Of a DNA stretch of 64,000 nucleotides, positions 11,437 through 24,489 are shown in pieces (within the stretch, counting starts at the first letter, position 1; every line of letters begins with the position of its first letter). This DNA comes from Toensbergia leucococca (taxonomy: Eukaryota). The position numbers and the translations under genes were made by a program. The notes beneath the pieces were generated by a model. It did not search any database. It was given only the letters and a program-made list of their open reading frames with translations, and was not told the DNA's origin. The stretch is from contig JALDZS010000061.1 in the NCBI GenBank assembly GCA_022813965.1, forward strand, positions 1-64,000, given 5' to 3'.

Positions 11437-13645
11437 ATGTTTGAAACCTCATCCCCCGTCCTTCCTCTTCTTCCCAACCCCTCACTACTCGCTATCCTCT
11501 TGATTGTAAAAATCGGATCGCGTCCCCACTTCGCCTTCCACTACCCTCCCCGGCCCGGCGAGGAGATGCCTCACATTAGCATAGATTTCGATGATGATCA
11601 CTCTGGCGACGAATCATCGACTTCATCCGATGATCTAAGTACCAGTTCAGCCCCCGCAGATAAAGAGCCCAACCAAGGGGACAGTAAGAATGTCGACCAA
11701 GATACCTCCATGGATGCCGTAGTGGACGAAACAGGATCCGCTTCTCCTGAGAAAACTAGTGGAATAGGCACCCACTTCAAGCCCAGATGGGATGAAATCT
11801 TCGGCTTTGATGCAATGGCCTTGGAGAAATTATTATGTCCAGCTCCATCCTTTCATAAGAGACGCTTCGAGCTGAGTGTGGATCATCTGACTTTTCTTGG
11901 CTGGCCTGTTTTCTCCAAAGCAGGAGGCGATTGGCGACGGAAGAGAAAGGAGAGAGCTGCGAGGAGCCAGAGTAGTCGCCATGATGCATCTATTGATACG
12001 GCCCAGGATGATATTTATATGGCTGGTAAGACATCGGTGCAGGTTGCTGACGCCCTGGGTGAGACATCAGGCCATGAAACCGGAATAGAAGATCAACCCA
12101 GTAGTCGACCAGACGATGGGGATGACGATGAAAAGACTACGCTGAAAGACAGCCCCGATCAATCCTCTTCGTCCCTCGAAAAACCCCACAAGAAGACAAA
12201 GGACATGGTCGAGTTGAGCAAGACAGAGAGACTGAACATGTTCCACGTGGTATTCGTACTCAACCCGCCGCCTCTGGAATACCACCTCCGTATCAAAGAC
12301 ATGTACGATAACATAGTCAAGAAGTTCTCCCGAGCCCTGAAATGGGAGCAAACCCGCTCCAACTACGTGATGAAAGAATCCCTCAAAATCATAGCCATCA
12401 AAAGCAAATTCAATAGATCCAGCAGTAAGAAATCCATACGCACAAGAATCTCACAATCCTCATCTCATAAAATGTCCAGGTGAAAGCGCCCATCTCCCCA
12501 CCCTCTACCACCAACTCCTTTCTCAATCCACTCTCGCAAAAGCCCTCTCCACACTCTTCAAAAGCGTCTCCACATCCCGAATTGCCCACATAAGTCTAAC
12601 GCCTACATTCTCCCTCTCCCTGCAAATCCCCCTCCTAGCCTCAACCTCTACCCTCCCAACCCCCACCTCCCCACAAACTCCAGGTCTCTGGCTCACAACC
12701 GCCGCCCCAACCTCGACAGACGACGACATCAACAGTACCCCGTCCCAATTAGCCTCGCACTTTACACTCCTCCTACTCTCTGACCTGCCTAGCATCCTTG
12801 CCGACGTCGCCGCCACCGCCTCCCCCCTCACCACCCCACTAACTCACTACCTCCGCGCCAGCACCCCCACAAAATCCTTCCTCCAACTCTCTCAAAGCAC
12901 CGGTCTCTCCCTCCCAGATATCCAGTTCCTCGCCAGCCACCTAATCTACTGGCGCCGTGCCCGCGCCATCCCGCCCCTCCACCAACGCGACACCTACATC
13001 GTCTCCCCAAACGCAAACATGGCCAAACTATCCAGCTCGCGCTCCACCTACGCAAAAGCCTTCCCCTCCCTCCCTTCCCTCCCCAAAATCCTCTCCATGC
13101 TCTCCTCCACTCCACGACCCTACTCAGCCCTCATCCCGAGCAAAGCGCACAAACAAGCCTACCTCGACATCCTCGCCTGGCTCCTCCGCCACGGCTGGGT
13201 GACCCAACTACGCACCTTTGCCTGGATCCGCGTGCCGCCGCACATCAAAGCCAGCGTCCCATCATCATCAACAACAACCCACCCCACCACCAACAACCCT
13301 CTCTCCTTCCCCGCCTCCTCCTCAACGACCCCCACCCCCTCCAGCCCCACCTCAAGCACCCACACCACAATCCCCCTCCCGGGAACGCCCCCCTCCCTAA
13401 TCCCCCACCCAGCCCTCGCCTCCTCCGCCCTCCCCTCCCACCACCTCTCCGCCATCGCCACCCACATCCAGCAAACCCAGGGCCGCGAAACGCAGCTGGC
13501 GTGGGAGAAGTGCGTCAAGTATTTCGATGGCAGGCATGCGCTCGAGATGATTGCGGGGAGGGAAGGCTGGAAGCGGAAAAGGGTTGCGGAGTTGGTTGCT
13601 GGGTGGGAGGAGATGGGGGTTTTGGTCCGGGGGAGGTTTTGGTGA
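11437..13645 (+). CDS. NPR3: Nitrogen permease regulator 3 (SEACIT/GATOR1 subunit), 2 exons
   Basis: LPNPSLLAILL, FELSVDHLTFLGWP, MFHVVFVLNPPPLEY, FSRALKWEQTRSNYV, HLIYWRRARAIPPLHQRDTYIVSPNA, GWVTQLRTFAWI. Intron ~12425-12479. Confidence 0.93.
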
Positions 13646-15640
13646 TAGGTGGGGGGCGCCTTTGGGGGGGGTTTATGGGGGGGTGTTGTTGGTGGTTTTT
13701 TTGTGGGGTTTTTGTTTCTGTTGGGTGGGGGGGGGGTGGGTAGATTTGCTTTGAGGGGGTTTTTAATCTTTCTCTTTTCTCCTTTGCTCTTTCCAATTTT
13801 CCAATTTTCCAATTTTCCAATTTTTCTTTTTTTTTGGAAAACGATGACACTCTTACCTTGCTATGTAACCCCCTTTCCCTCTGAGCACGGAAACTCTTTG
13901 ATCCAAACCCAGGCCTCCCCTTTCCCATCGGTGATGATTGCACTTTTGCAGACACACCTGGGGTTGTTTTGGGGGGTGGGGGTAAGGGGGGAGGGGGGAG
14001 GGGTGAGGGGTTCACGAAGAACAGAACGGATCCTGAGGTCCTGAGTCTATCTCCGCTGTGATTCTGTATCATCATCCTCCCTCCTTTGTAATGGGTCCCG
14101 TCTCTCTCTTTCTGTGTTGCGCCATCCTCGGCTAAGAAATTTCTGTCTTTTGAAATGAGGGGTTTGTTTCTTTTGAAGGGGGGTTTGTCTTATACTTTTT
14201 TTTTTCTTTTTGGGGGGGGTGGGGTGGGGGGGGGGGTTTGTTTTGAGCTACCCTACCTACCGTCCGTATCATTTCTATCTCATAAGATACATACTAGGTT
14301 TATAATCCATTCCTTTCATCATCAATCTGAGGGTCAATTGAAACAGGATTTCTTGTGATACCTTTGAGAGGTATATTTGTGATAATTGTTGTGGTTTTTT
14401 GTAGGTTTTTTTTTTGAGTGGGGGGGGTCTGAGGCTGTGAAATGATGTGAGGATGTTGTGCTTGAAGAAATGAGGAGATTGTATTCATTACTAGCCCTGA
14501 GATCTGAGATCTTTGCAATTTTTTTGTTCTGTGGGGGTGGGAGAGTGGGAGAGGGGTTTGATGAGTGAGTCTGTGCAGGATTGAAACGATGGAGGAGGAG
14601 AAAGAAATGGGGAGGGGGTTTGGGCTTTTTTGATCATCGAGAAAGAGGAGTATGAGCCAGTCAGTAAAACCAAGCAAGGATCCATAGAACACATCCCCTA
14701 ATACTCCACCCCCTCCCCCCTCCCCCCTCCCCCCTCCCCCCCACTCACTCATCGGTAGGTGTATCACCTCACAAACCACACCACCCTCAATCTCAAAAAG
14801 TCACCTTAAGACTCATGGCTTTTAGTTAGCTAGTGTTGTGGACTGATCATATCTTGTGTGGCGGATTTGTATGGCGTTGAGGTTTCTGTTGTTGAGGTGG
14901 TGAGCTGGAGTGTTTGAGTTGGTTTTGGGACGGTTTTTCTTTCTTTTTCTCTTTCTCTTTCTCTCTCTCTCTTTCCCCCACCCCCGCCCCCCAAACCAAA
15001 AAAAAGGAGAAAAGAAAGGAAGAAAAAATTGAAGAAAATTGAGAGAAAGAGGAAAAAAAGTCGTCACAGCATCCCGCGCAACCCCCATCTCGCTTTTTGA
15101 AAAAAAATGTCCATCTCTTGAAACGGTATTCTTGAGGTTTCTCTTGGGTGTGTTCTCTAGGTTTTCTCTTGAATATTCCTCTGAATACTCTATTAAGATA
15201 CCAATATATACTAGATAAATAGATAGATAGATAAATGGAATAGGGCATATGATCTATCCAACCTCCCTCACCAAACCCCCTCAATTGCCTGCCCCAAAAA
15301 ACTCCGAAAACCGTCATTCTTCGACACATAAAAAGGGTTTGATATCAACCCCCCAAAGTAAAAAATTTAAATATAGGGTGTGTATTGCATCTGTGTCTGT
15401 GTGTGGGTGTGTGTGCATGGACGATACGCTCTCAAAAGAAAAAAATATAAAAAGGGGGTAAACAAAAGTGGGCAAATCGATATTTTGCGATTCCTGAAAC
15501 GTTGGCGCTGGCTGATAACAATGAATATCCAAAATTTTCATATATGTTCTTTTCATTCATCCATACGCACATCCAAATCCAATAAAAGAACTTCCGTCCG
15601 CCCCCTCCCCCGCCCAACAAAAGTTTTGCATCCGTCATGA
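13646..15640. repeat. 2-kb low-complexity intergenic region: G-, C-, T- and A-homopolymers, (TTTTCCAA)n at ~13791-13822, (GATA)n ~15215, (GT)n ~15380-15415
   Basis: Directly visible runs between the convergent NPR3 and P450 3' ends. No credible protein. Confidence 0.8.
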
Positions 15641-15694
15641 TCTTTCCATTGACCAGGTGCGCTCAAAGGCCCCCCCTTTCCCTCCTCCCGCGCC

Positions 15695-17410
15695 TCACCG
15701 CACTCTCGGCGTCAACGTGACTAGCAGAGGCGATTTCTGATACAGCGCAAACACCGGCTGATCCGCCCAATCCGTCTCTTTGTCCACGAGATCCATGTCG
15801 AAATTCCAGACCATTCGAGCGAGGATGAGGCGCATTTCTGCCCAGGCGAGACTGTTTAGTCCCAGAATGCATTAGTATATCTTTTTCTCTGTCAAAAGAA
15901 ACTTGGTTGAGGATATTGGAGATTACGAGACTAACTTCTTTCCAAGGCAATTGCGTGGGCCGAGGGAAAAGGGTTGCACGATATCTCGTTTGTCAGTGTC
16001 GTATTTGGGGTCCCGCGGTTCGAGCCAGCGGGCAGGGGCGAAGGAGAGGGGGTCTGTGAAGTTACGGGGGGAGCTGTAGGCTACTTTCTGGGGGACGCCG
16101 ACGACAGTCTAGGTGTAAGGTTAGTTCACTAGACTTCCTAGTAGAATGATACGGTCTGGGTTGAGAAAGATTTAGGGAGGATGGGGAACATACCCCACCG
16201 GGAACCCAACGGCCATCGATGGTGTCTCCACCAGGTGGAACAACTCGTCGGAGGGAGACGGGTACGGGAGGGTACATGCGAAGGGACTCTTGAATGACTG
16301 CGTTGAGAACAGGTAATTTCTCTGTTGCGGCCACTGTAATGGCCGTTTCCAAATGAAACGCCTGTCTCACTTCATCATTCAACTGTTGCAAGGCGGTAGG
16401 ATTCTTGAGAAGGTGATAAGTCGCGCCGGATAGCAGCGTGGCGGTAGTTTCGCTCCCAGCGGCTAGCAGAAGCAAGAAATTGGAATCAATCTCATCTCGA
16501 GTGAGTCCCTTCTCGTCATTGTACAAGAGGACACGGGACATGATGTCGGGTCGATCGGAGCCCTGTAGAATACGATTCCGAACTTTGGCTTGCGTACCCG
16601 CGAAGCTTTCTTGCTTCTTGCGTTTGATAGAAGGAGGCAGCAGAACTTTGATGATGGAATTTAGGGGCGGGTACAAGCTAGCTTGGCCCATCAATGCACC
16701 CCATTTGAAACCCAAGAACATGGATCTGATGAAGGGGTGGCCATCCTTGTTGTCCAGATTGCCGAAAGAGACGGCAAAGCAGAGATCACTGATAATATCA
16801 AAGGTTGTGAAATTGTACCAAGCCATGAGGTTGACGACGGTGCTATCAGCGCGTGTTTCACCGTGAAGTTTACTGATTAGCAAATCGACATAGGACTTGA
16901 TAATGGGTTCTTGCTCCCTCAAAGCTCGATCGGAGAAGGCATGGGCAAGAACCTTTCGGCCCCGGGTATGAGCTGCATCATTAGCAATCAGCAAGGAGTC
17001 TGCTTTTGCCATCCTGGTGAAGACAACATGTTTCTGCATCAATGGGCGACCTTGGCGGTGTGTGTAAACGTCTTTCCAAGTACCTTCAGTGATGAAAGAT
17101 AATTCATTGGGACTGATTCTGACAACATCGCCAAATTCACGATGCATCTGTTCGTGCCACGGGACTATGGTCCCGGTGGTTGTGTAATAAATGTGTACGA
17201 GATGCGAGGCGGCCGCAAGCTTGGGGCCAGGAAAACTAGACAGTGGATGGAAAAAGACATTGTATACGACAAGACAAATGGAGTAGAAAAGCCACTGACT
17301 GACTATGAGCACACGTAGCTCTGGCACAGGGTTGTACTTACAAAGGCTACCAGTAGCAAGGCAAAACCCAATGCGCTGGTGGGCCAGAAGAAGACTTGGT
17401 TAAGAGGCAT
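15695..17410 (-). CDS. Cytochrome P450, CYP65/Tri11-like, 4 exons
   Basis: N-terminal TM helix and HPLSSFPGP, VVRISPNELSF, I-helix AGSETTAT, ExxR (ESLRMYPP), heme motif PFSLGPRNCLGK|xLAWAEMRLILAR. Stop TGA at 15695-15697. Confidence 0.9.
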
Positions 17411-17794
17411 TGTAAATTTTTGATTTCTAAAATATAACGGAAATGATGACAACGGCAAAAGGGCAAACATGCAAGATGAGGGCTGCTTTATGAGTAAATT
17501 GAACACGGATACAGGGACGGTGTGTTTTGAAGCCGATTCTGGAATAGTATTCCTCCGACATGCAGCCGCGTAGCACAGCTACCACCTCAGCCATCACGCC
17601 TATCAGGCCAAGTTCACGTGTAGTGGGCCATACATCTAGTCGGAAGGATGCCGAGGTTGCTTACCTATCACTCATGTTACCTAGGTAGACCTTGTACTTG
17701 TATGTACTGTATCCGTATGATTAGTCTATTCATGTCAATGGAAGAAAATAAAAGGTAGAAGACGCAAGCGCTTACTTTTAGACGCCATCCACCA

Positions 17795-17840
17795 TAGGTA
17801 GGTAGGTAGGTAAGGTAGGTAGACAGTAAAGTAGGTAGGA
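17795..17840. repeat. (AGGT)n microsatellite
   Basis: taggtaggtaggtaggtaaggtaggtag. Confidence 0.8.
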
Positions 17841-18254
17841 TTAGAGTAATCTCGATACCGTATTATCGCGCCTTAACATACCAGACTTACAGTACCAATA
17901 CCTGATGAAACCTTACCTTAGCTTGCAACAAGGACTTCAGCTCTGCCTTATTTTTAGACACCTTGTTTGTACCTTTGCTTTAGTCACTAAGCCACATTTC
18001 TCTCTACTCATATGACCCTTTCTTGATAGCTTCTTTTACCCTACAAACTGTGGAGCATACGTGATGATCTGACAATCATCAAAAACTTGATTGTGTATAC
18101 ATGTCAGATTCAGACCGAGGAACAAGATGTATGTATAGGGTATATAACAATATTTTCTGCACACTCACACTCCGCCAACAATGATCCTATCCGAATCTTG
18201 CTGAGTTTCGTGAGGCTCATGTTCATGATGATAGCACTGAATATATCCAAATAT

Positions 18255-19802
18255 TCATTTCAATCGAGCCATCATCATGCCGGGTTCTTCAATGTAGCCC
18301 CTGACCAGCTCCGCCATCCGAGCCATTGTTGCCCCATCGACAATTCGATGATCTGCACTCCAACTAAAATTCACAACATTCTTTCTGACAACGCGATCCT
18401 GCTCGTCAAAAGCGGGAATGCTTTTCGTTTTTCCTATGCCTAGAATCGCAACTTCACTCTGAAGTAGTACCGGAGAAACGTAGGTCCCACCTATACTACC
18501 GATGTTGCTCACACTTATTGTCCCACCCGTAAGGTCTCTAACAGAGAGCTTGCCACTCAAAGCCAGTGTTCGGAGACGGGAGAGCTCCGAGGCAATATCT
18601 GTGATAGATTTGGATGCTATATCCTTGATGTTGGGAACCAATAATCCTTGGGGTGTATCCATAGCAATTGAGATGTTGTGCTGTTGGCGTATGACAATTT
18701 GTGGTGGGGATGATCCGTCGCCAGCCTCGATTCGAGCATTCAAGACGGGGAAATCGTCAAGAGCCAAAGATATAGCTTTAATAATGAATGGTAGAATAGA
18801 CAGTTTCTGAGAATTAGCTGATTGGGCATTTAGACGTAGCCGTAGCCCAGACAATTGGGTCACGTCGATCTCATCTGCATAAAGAAAGTGTGGTATGCTG
18901 AGGGATCGAGTCATAACCTTGAACATCTGGCTCTGAATTGGTGTAAGAGCAATATACTGCTCGCTTTGAGGTCCAATGTTGCCGGTAGGAGCTTGGCTAG
19001 GGGGTGTTGGACTTGTTGAAAGACTACCCGAGTCTCGACTTGCTGCAAACTCATGAACATCGTGTTTCAATACTCGTCCATCCTTACCAGTGCCAGTGAC
19101 ATCTGCTATGTTGACATCGAGTTCTTTTAAAAGACCCCGAACAGCAGGCGTAGCTAAAGCTGAATGCTTGCTCGGATGAAGTGCACTGTCATTTCTTGAA
19201 GGGTTTTCAGCTTGCTCTGCAGCTTTCTGAGGCTGCTGTGGCGACGAAGAGGAACCGGCCTGCTCGGCTGGGGGTGTAATCAGAGCCTCATCTGCTGGTG
19301 AGATATCGCCCTGAACGTCTATGTCGCATAACGGCTTCTCTATCTTAGCATGAGTTGCTTCAAATATTCAAAAAAGCGTCTGCCTACCTTTCCAACCTGT
19401 GCCATATCCTCAGCGTCATAATACAGCTTCTTAATCACACCATCGAATCTAGATGTAATCTGTGGATTTCGAATCAGGATCTGTCAAGTTCCTAGTCATT
19501 GAAATCAACATACCTCAACTGCCGCCTTGTCAGACTGTACCTCGCAGATTTTGGAAAATTGCTCGACGCGAGCTTCTGGCTCGACGAACCATTGTATGAT
19601 CTGTACCTCCTTTATCCCTACTGGGTTTTAGCGGCTGTCACAGCAGATTGTGGGCTGTTGCGCTACCTTCACCAATATCGGCTAACAGAAAAGGCTTTAT
19701 AACGGCCAGACGAGCAGAGCTATGAAAGATACGTCGTGGTCTGGTAGTGTGGGGAAGAAAACATGCTTGAAGGCGAATACATTGCTTCACGATACTCATC
19801 AT
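18255..19802 (-). CDS. DBT: Branched-chain alpha-keto acid dehydrogenase E2 (dihydrolipoamide branched-chain transacylase), mitochondrial, multi-exon
   Basis: Presequence then KPFLLADIGEG, lipoyl motif EVQSDKAAVE, E3-binding ATPAVRGLLK..GTGKDGRVLK, catalytic WSADHRIVDGA. Confidence 0.92.
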
Positions 19803-20286
19803 AACCTACATGACGAAGCAGAATGCTGTATTTTTCCGCCGTTAATTTATATAGCGAATAATTGGAATGAGGTTGCATTTAGAAGAAGACTTGAATAAAA
19901 GAATGTGAGGTAGTAAAATATTCTAGGCCGAGGCTCAGCCTTGAAGAAACTTAGAACAACAGCTTATTTAGACTGGGATATTTTACCTAGTGCCGACTGT
20001 AAGCGCAGCTTACGTGCTTACCTTCCGCCTGCAACCGGAACAGCATTAATCACATTTCACTCGTATCGACCAATGCAGCATCACCAGGGGCACGATGTTG
20101 AAATACGGTTAGAGAAGGAAGAGAGTATGATGAGTCTTGAGTAAGAGATGTCACGATGGATTCAACCACTCATAGCGTTACGGAGAATGGAAGCTGTCAC
20201 AAGCCTATACAATTCCTAACGCGTCTCCTTCCGATCCCTCTTCTCCCCTCTCTCAAAAGTAAATCCCACCCCACACCATAACGTCC

Positions 20287-21102
20287 CTAAGCAAAGCCCC
20301 CATTGACCCTCAAAACCTGCCCACTAACCCACCGACTACCCTCCCCACTCAGAAAGGCAATCCCATCCGCAATCTCCTCAGGCACTCCGATCCTATTGTG
20401 CGGGCTAAACCCTGCAATCGTCTTCAGCACCTGCTCGCTCTTGCCCCGTAAAAATAATTCCGTGCCGGTGGGGCCGGGTGCGACGGCGTTGACGGAGATG
20501 CCCTTGCGGGCAAGATCTTTGGACATTACGCGCGTCATTTGCTCGATGGCACCTTTGGTGGTGTTGTAGAGGAGGTAGGTGGGGGAGACCACGGAGGCGG
20601 TGCACAAAGAGGTGGAGATTAGGATGATGTGGGAAGATTCGGGCATGTGGGGGGCTGCTTTCTGTAATTGGAGGAGTCAGATTATATGAGGAGGAAAGAA
20701 GTGGGGGGATTGGTTGGTCGGAGCGGCAAGGGCACATACCTGGCAAAGGAAATACGGCCCCTTGATATTCAAATTCATCGCCAAGGCAAAGTCTTCCTCG
20801 GTCGTATTCTCCAAATCCTTCATCTGCAATACCGCTGCGTTAGGGATCAGAATGTCAATCTTCCCGAAGCGATCCACAGTCTCCTTGACCATGCGCTCAA
20901 TCTCGGGGATCGATCCAGCGTCGGCTTTAACGGCGAAGGTACGGTCAGAGCCGATTTTCTCAACGAGAGCGTTGGCAGGAGCAGAGTCGGACGAATAATT
21001 GATAACGATGTTGGCGCCATCAGCAGCGAGGCGGAGGGCTGTAGCAGCGCCGATGCCTTTGGAGCCCCCGGTTATGAGCGCGGTTTTACCTTTGAGAGAC
21101 AT
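20287..21102 (-). CDS. Classical short-chain dehydrogenase/reductase, 2 exons
   Basis: TGGSKGIG Rossmann motif, PNAA, catalytic YNTTK, VNAVAPGPTGT, WVSGQVLRVNGG. Intron ~20663-20739. Confidence 0.9.
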
Positions 21103-21182
21103 TTCTTTTTGCTTTTATATTAGATTGGGAAAGAAGGGGAATGATCGATGCGAGTTGGGATTGGAGGCGTGGGACTATGGAT

Positions 21183-21365
21183 TCTTTATATGATGTCCTC
21201 TCCGGCACCACCGGAGTTTAGGTAGTCTCATATCTTGTGCCGTCGACGCCACAATGCATCTGTACCTACGTAGCCATGGTGAAGCTGGTGGTGCTCGAGC
21301 AAGCGCCCGGACGGACTCAAACTCCGCATGGTCGGATTCGGCTTTAACGAGCTGTCGGAATTCCG
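21183..21365 (-). promoter_or_regulatory. SDR promoter: TATA-like box plus CGG inverted repeats
   Basis: ATATAAAGA on the minus strand at ~21183-21191; CTCCGG-N5-CCGGAG at 21200-21216; CGGAATTCCG at 21356-21365. Confidence 0.4.
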
Positions 21366-22126
21366 GGATATGCAGCCCTTGGGAGTCCTGTTCGACAATC
21401 TTTGCCTTTGCTTTTTCAACAACCGTGAATCGGGATGGTATTCTACTTGGCCAATTGCCATTTCGCCGAATGGTCCGACTGTACGAACCCGAGCAGGGTG
21501 AGTGGGGTGACTAAGTTCTACGCCGCAGGGCTGAAAGACGTCTGCATAAGGTTTCCGCCACAATTCATACTCCATCTCATTCATTCGCTGCAGTCACACT
21601 CCAGCGACTGGCCTGGGCCAACTCTGCTGCCGCCAAAGCATCACACCCTCAAAAGACGCACCAAGTAGAATTAATCAATCTTCAACTATCCATTTGGACT
21701 GCATTATTATGTAACATTCCTCGTAGGTACTAATCTTCTGCCTAACACAACTGTCTTGAAAAGAAGAATCATCGCGTTTGGGGGTATCTTCGCTGAACAC
21801 TGCTGTAAAGAGAATAGCGAAATGAAGAATGGAGAAAGGTCGAGGCCATGCTATCCTGACATTCAATCCGATATCGTCCAACCTGGAATTGGAGAAGCAA
21901 AGTAGCTGAGTATTTTCACCAAATACTGCCTTAAAAGGCCGCCGACCAAGAAAAGAAATTCCTAGTGACCATGCTATCGTGAGATCCAATTGACATCATC
22001 CAACATACCGTTGACGGACATGAGCTCGTACAGAAAATTCCTTGGTAGCAATCTGACATCAAGTTCGGCTTGAGATCGTGAAGCGATTGAGCACGCAATG
22101 ATGAATCAGACCGCAGTCACAAGTAC

Positions 22127-24489
22127 CTAAATCAGCAGTCTTGAGATGAATTTGAATTCGAGGCTCCTGGAGTTGTGAGGATCGAACACTGCAGTGTTGC
22201 GCTCTTCAACGTATTGTCCTAATGGGTACCCCTTGATCAGCAACTGCGTTCAGTACAAAGTCAACGTGGACTTACTTGTGAGCTGTACAGAAGTCAGCCA
22301 TTCGGATGCAGCGTCATCGAAGCTTTTTTGATGAACCGTCTTGATGGAATGATTGAGGTGCAATAGTCCATCTTCCGGTTCAGTCTTTGTCTGGAGCGGT
22401 ATATTCCTCATGCTAAGAAGCCCGCAAACGAAGTCAAGGAATTTGTCTGCCTGCTTGAGGTAGTGGTCCGGCCCATGTTCCATCTTCTTAGGCCACTGCA
22501 TCATGTTAGACCACTCTTCAAGCCTCCTGAGGACAAGCAAGTACCTTTGAGATGACATAGTCCTGCTGCCAAAACTGGAACAGCCAATACATTTTTTCCA
22601 AGCTGGCCAAGAAAATGACAGCCCCCAGAAACGTTTCAAAACCCGAGCCATGTCCTTTTGGTATACGCTCGATTCGCTTTTCAAACACATCCATAACCGT
22701 CCTGCTGTATTCTGCGACCACCTTCTCAGCAGCCTCGCGCAAATGAGTACAAATCAAAGATTGCGATTCGGGGTGCGTCATCTCGTTGATCGGAATACGG
22801 ACAGCTGTGGACGAGTCCTTTGTGGAATCCGAGCTCGGCGCCTGCGATGGCTGCAAATGAATTTTCCAAATCATCTCGCTATCGACAAGGATATGCGTAG
22901 CAGCCCACAATTGCAGAGCATAGTACAATAATTTATCCTAATGTTTCACGTCAGGTTATGAAGACTAAATCGGGCAATTTCGTGAAAGAATCTTTAAATG
23001 AAATTGAAAGACGTTAGAAATAAAGATGACTCACTTGGTTCTCGTCACCGATTTGCGATGTCATAATCAAGCTTGAGCGGATAGCAGTGGAAGGTTCTTG
23101 CTCAAAAAAGCTAGGGGCCATGTCTTTGATGTAACCCCTAAGCTTCGCAGGGGTGTCACTTATGGCTTCGTTCACAAAAGTGACAGCTTTGTCAATTTTG
23201 ATGATATGTGCCCCATTTTCCGCTTCTTGCAAGGCCCTCGGGAGGCCAGTATTTGCTTCTAGAGCAAGAAAGAATGTGAAATTCAAGTCATGGGACATTT
23301 TGATGAACCCTGGATAGCGCTCCTGGTGCACTTGCATCACCATGTCACCAATACCTTCCCATGCTAATTCCTGATAGAGACCTTAATTATAATGAGAGAA
23401 GCCTTCAGTGGTAGAAGGTGATTGGCATTGCTTACCGCTTGTGAACAATTCAGTTTCTTTATGCAGATGGGTGCGTATACAGGGTATCTTCCACCGACGA
23501 GCGTTCATCAAAGTCTGGCAACCTTTGCATGGAGTCTCTCCATCACACTAGCGATTATCAGTCCCAAAAGTTGTACATGGATTGAGCACAAAGGAATGGC
23601 ATACAGTCTTTCTCAGCATTCGGCAGCGAATACAAGCGCCCATTCTTCTCACGTCCTGAATTTCTACTTTCCTCGCTTCACTGAAGCCTCCACGAATCCT
23701 CTGCCCACTTTGCTGGTTGTAAGGCTTGGTATAGCCAGAATTGCTATTCTGAGTTGTCTGAGGGATATCCTTTGGTTTACTGGCAATATGAAAGGGGTAA
23801 AGCGCCGCATTTGCTTCTTCATCCGTTGACATAGAAGACTTGGGAAAGTTTGTCGATGGAAGGTTTGAAAGATGCATCGATAAGTGGCTGGGCTCAGAGG
23901 TGTTGTCATTAGACGTATCGAAATTCTGATATGGACCTAAAGACCTAGAGGCTTCGAGATTACTAGCAGATGCTGCTATCATGGAGAGGTTTGATCGGAT
24001 GCCAGAGAAAGTATCATGGTCAGGTGCAGTGGACCATGCTACATTCGAGAATAATCAGCGCACATTTACTCGAATAGAGCTCATCAACTTACCTTCCAGA
24101 TTATCATTTTGCATCGGCATTTCGATCCGTCTGCTTGCTTCGGCGAGTATCTCCAAGTTGTCAAAGGATTGGTTTTCAGTGGGCAGCTGCATTGCGTATC
24201 CATTCTGCTGGGCGTTCAGCGATGTGTATTCCGTATCTTCAGTACTCCCTCCATGATAGCCGACATTCAGGTCTGGCAAATCGTGCAATCGACGCAGGAC
24301 ACGAACGCGAGTAACCTGGTCCATGGCCATGCATTTTTTGGAAATATGTGTTTTGAGAGTATCGTTCCTTCCTTTTGGGAAGTGTTCGCCACAGAGCTTG
24401 CAGTCGTATGCGTAGCGATTGCTGGTATCGTCGAGCTTCTGTCCGCGATCAAAAAATTCGACGATCAACTGGTTTGGCTTTCTGCCCAT
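22127..24489 (-). CDS. Putative transcription factor with N-terminal BED-like zinc finger and Zn(II)2Cys6-like cluster, multi-exon
   Basis: MGRKPNQLIVEFF..YDCKLCGEHFPKGRNDTLKTHISKKC; GACIRCRMLRKT|CDGETPCKGC..WKIPC; last exon ..EFKFISRLLI* at 22127. Confidence 0.8.

Noticed and set aside
13159..15640. ORFs up to 217 aa antisense to or downstream of NPR3
   Set aside because: By-products of homopolymer-rich, stop-poor sequence.
18255..18269. BCKDH E2 ending ..ARLK as a peroxisomal signal
   Set aside because: ARL is not terminal, and the protein has a clear mitochondrial presequence.
21228..21989. 118-aa and 104-aa minus-strand ORFs
   Set aside because: No recognisable motifs; they lie in the SDR promoter and TF 3' region.
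15695..24489. P450 + acyltransferase + SDR + zinc-cluster TF as a secondary-metabolite cluster
   Set aside because: No backbone enzyme or transporter, and the acyltransferase is the primary-metabolic BCKDH E2.
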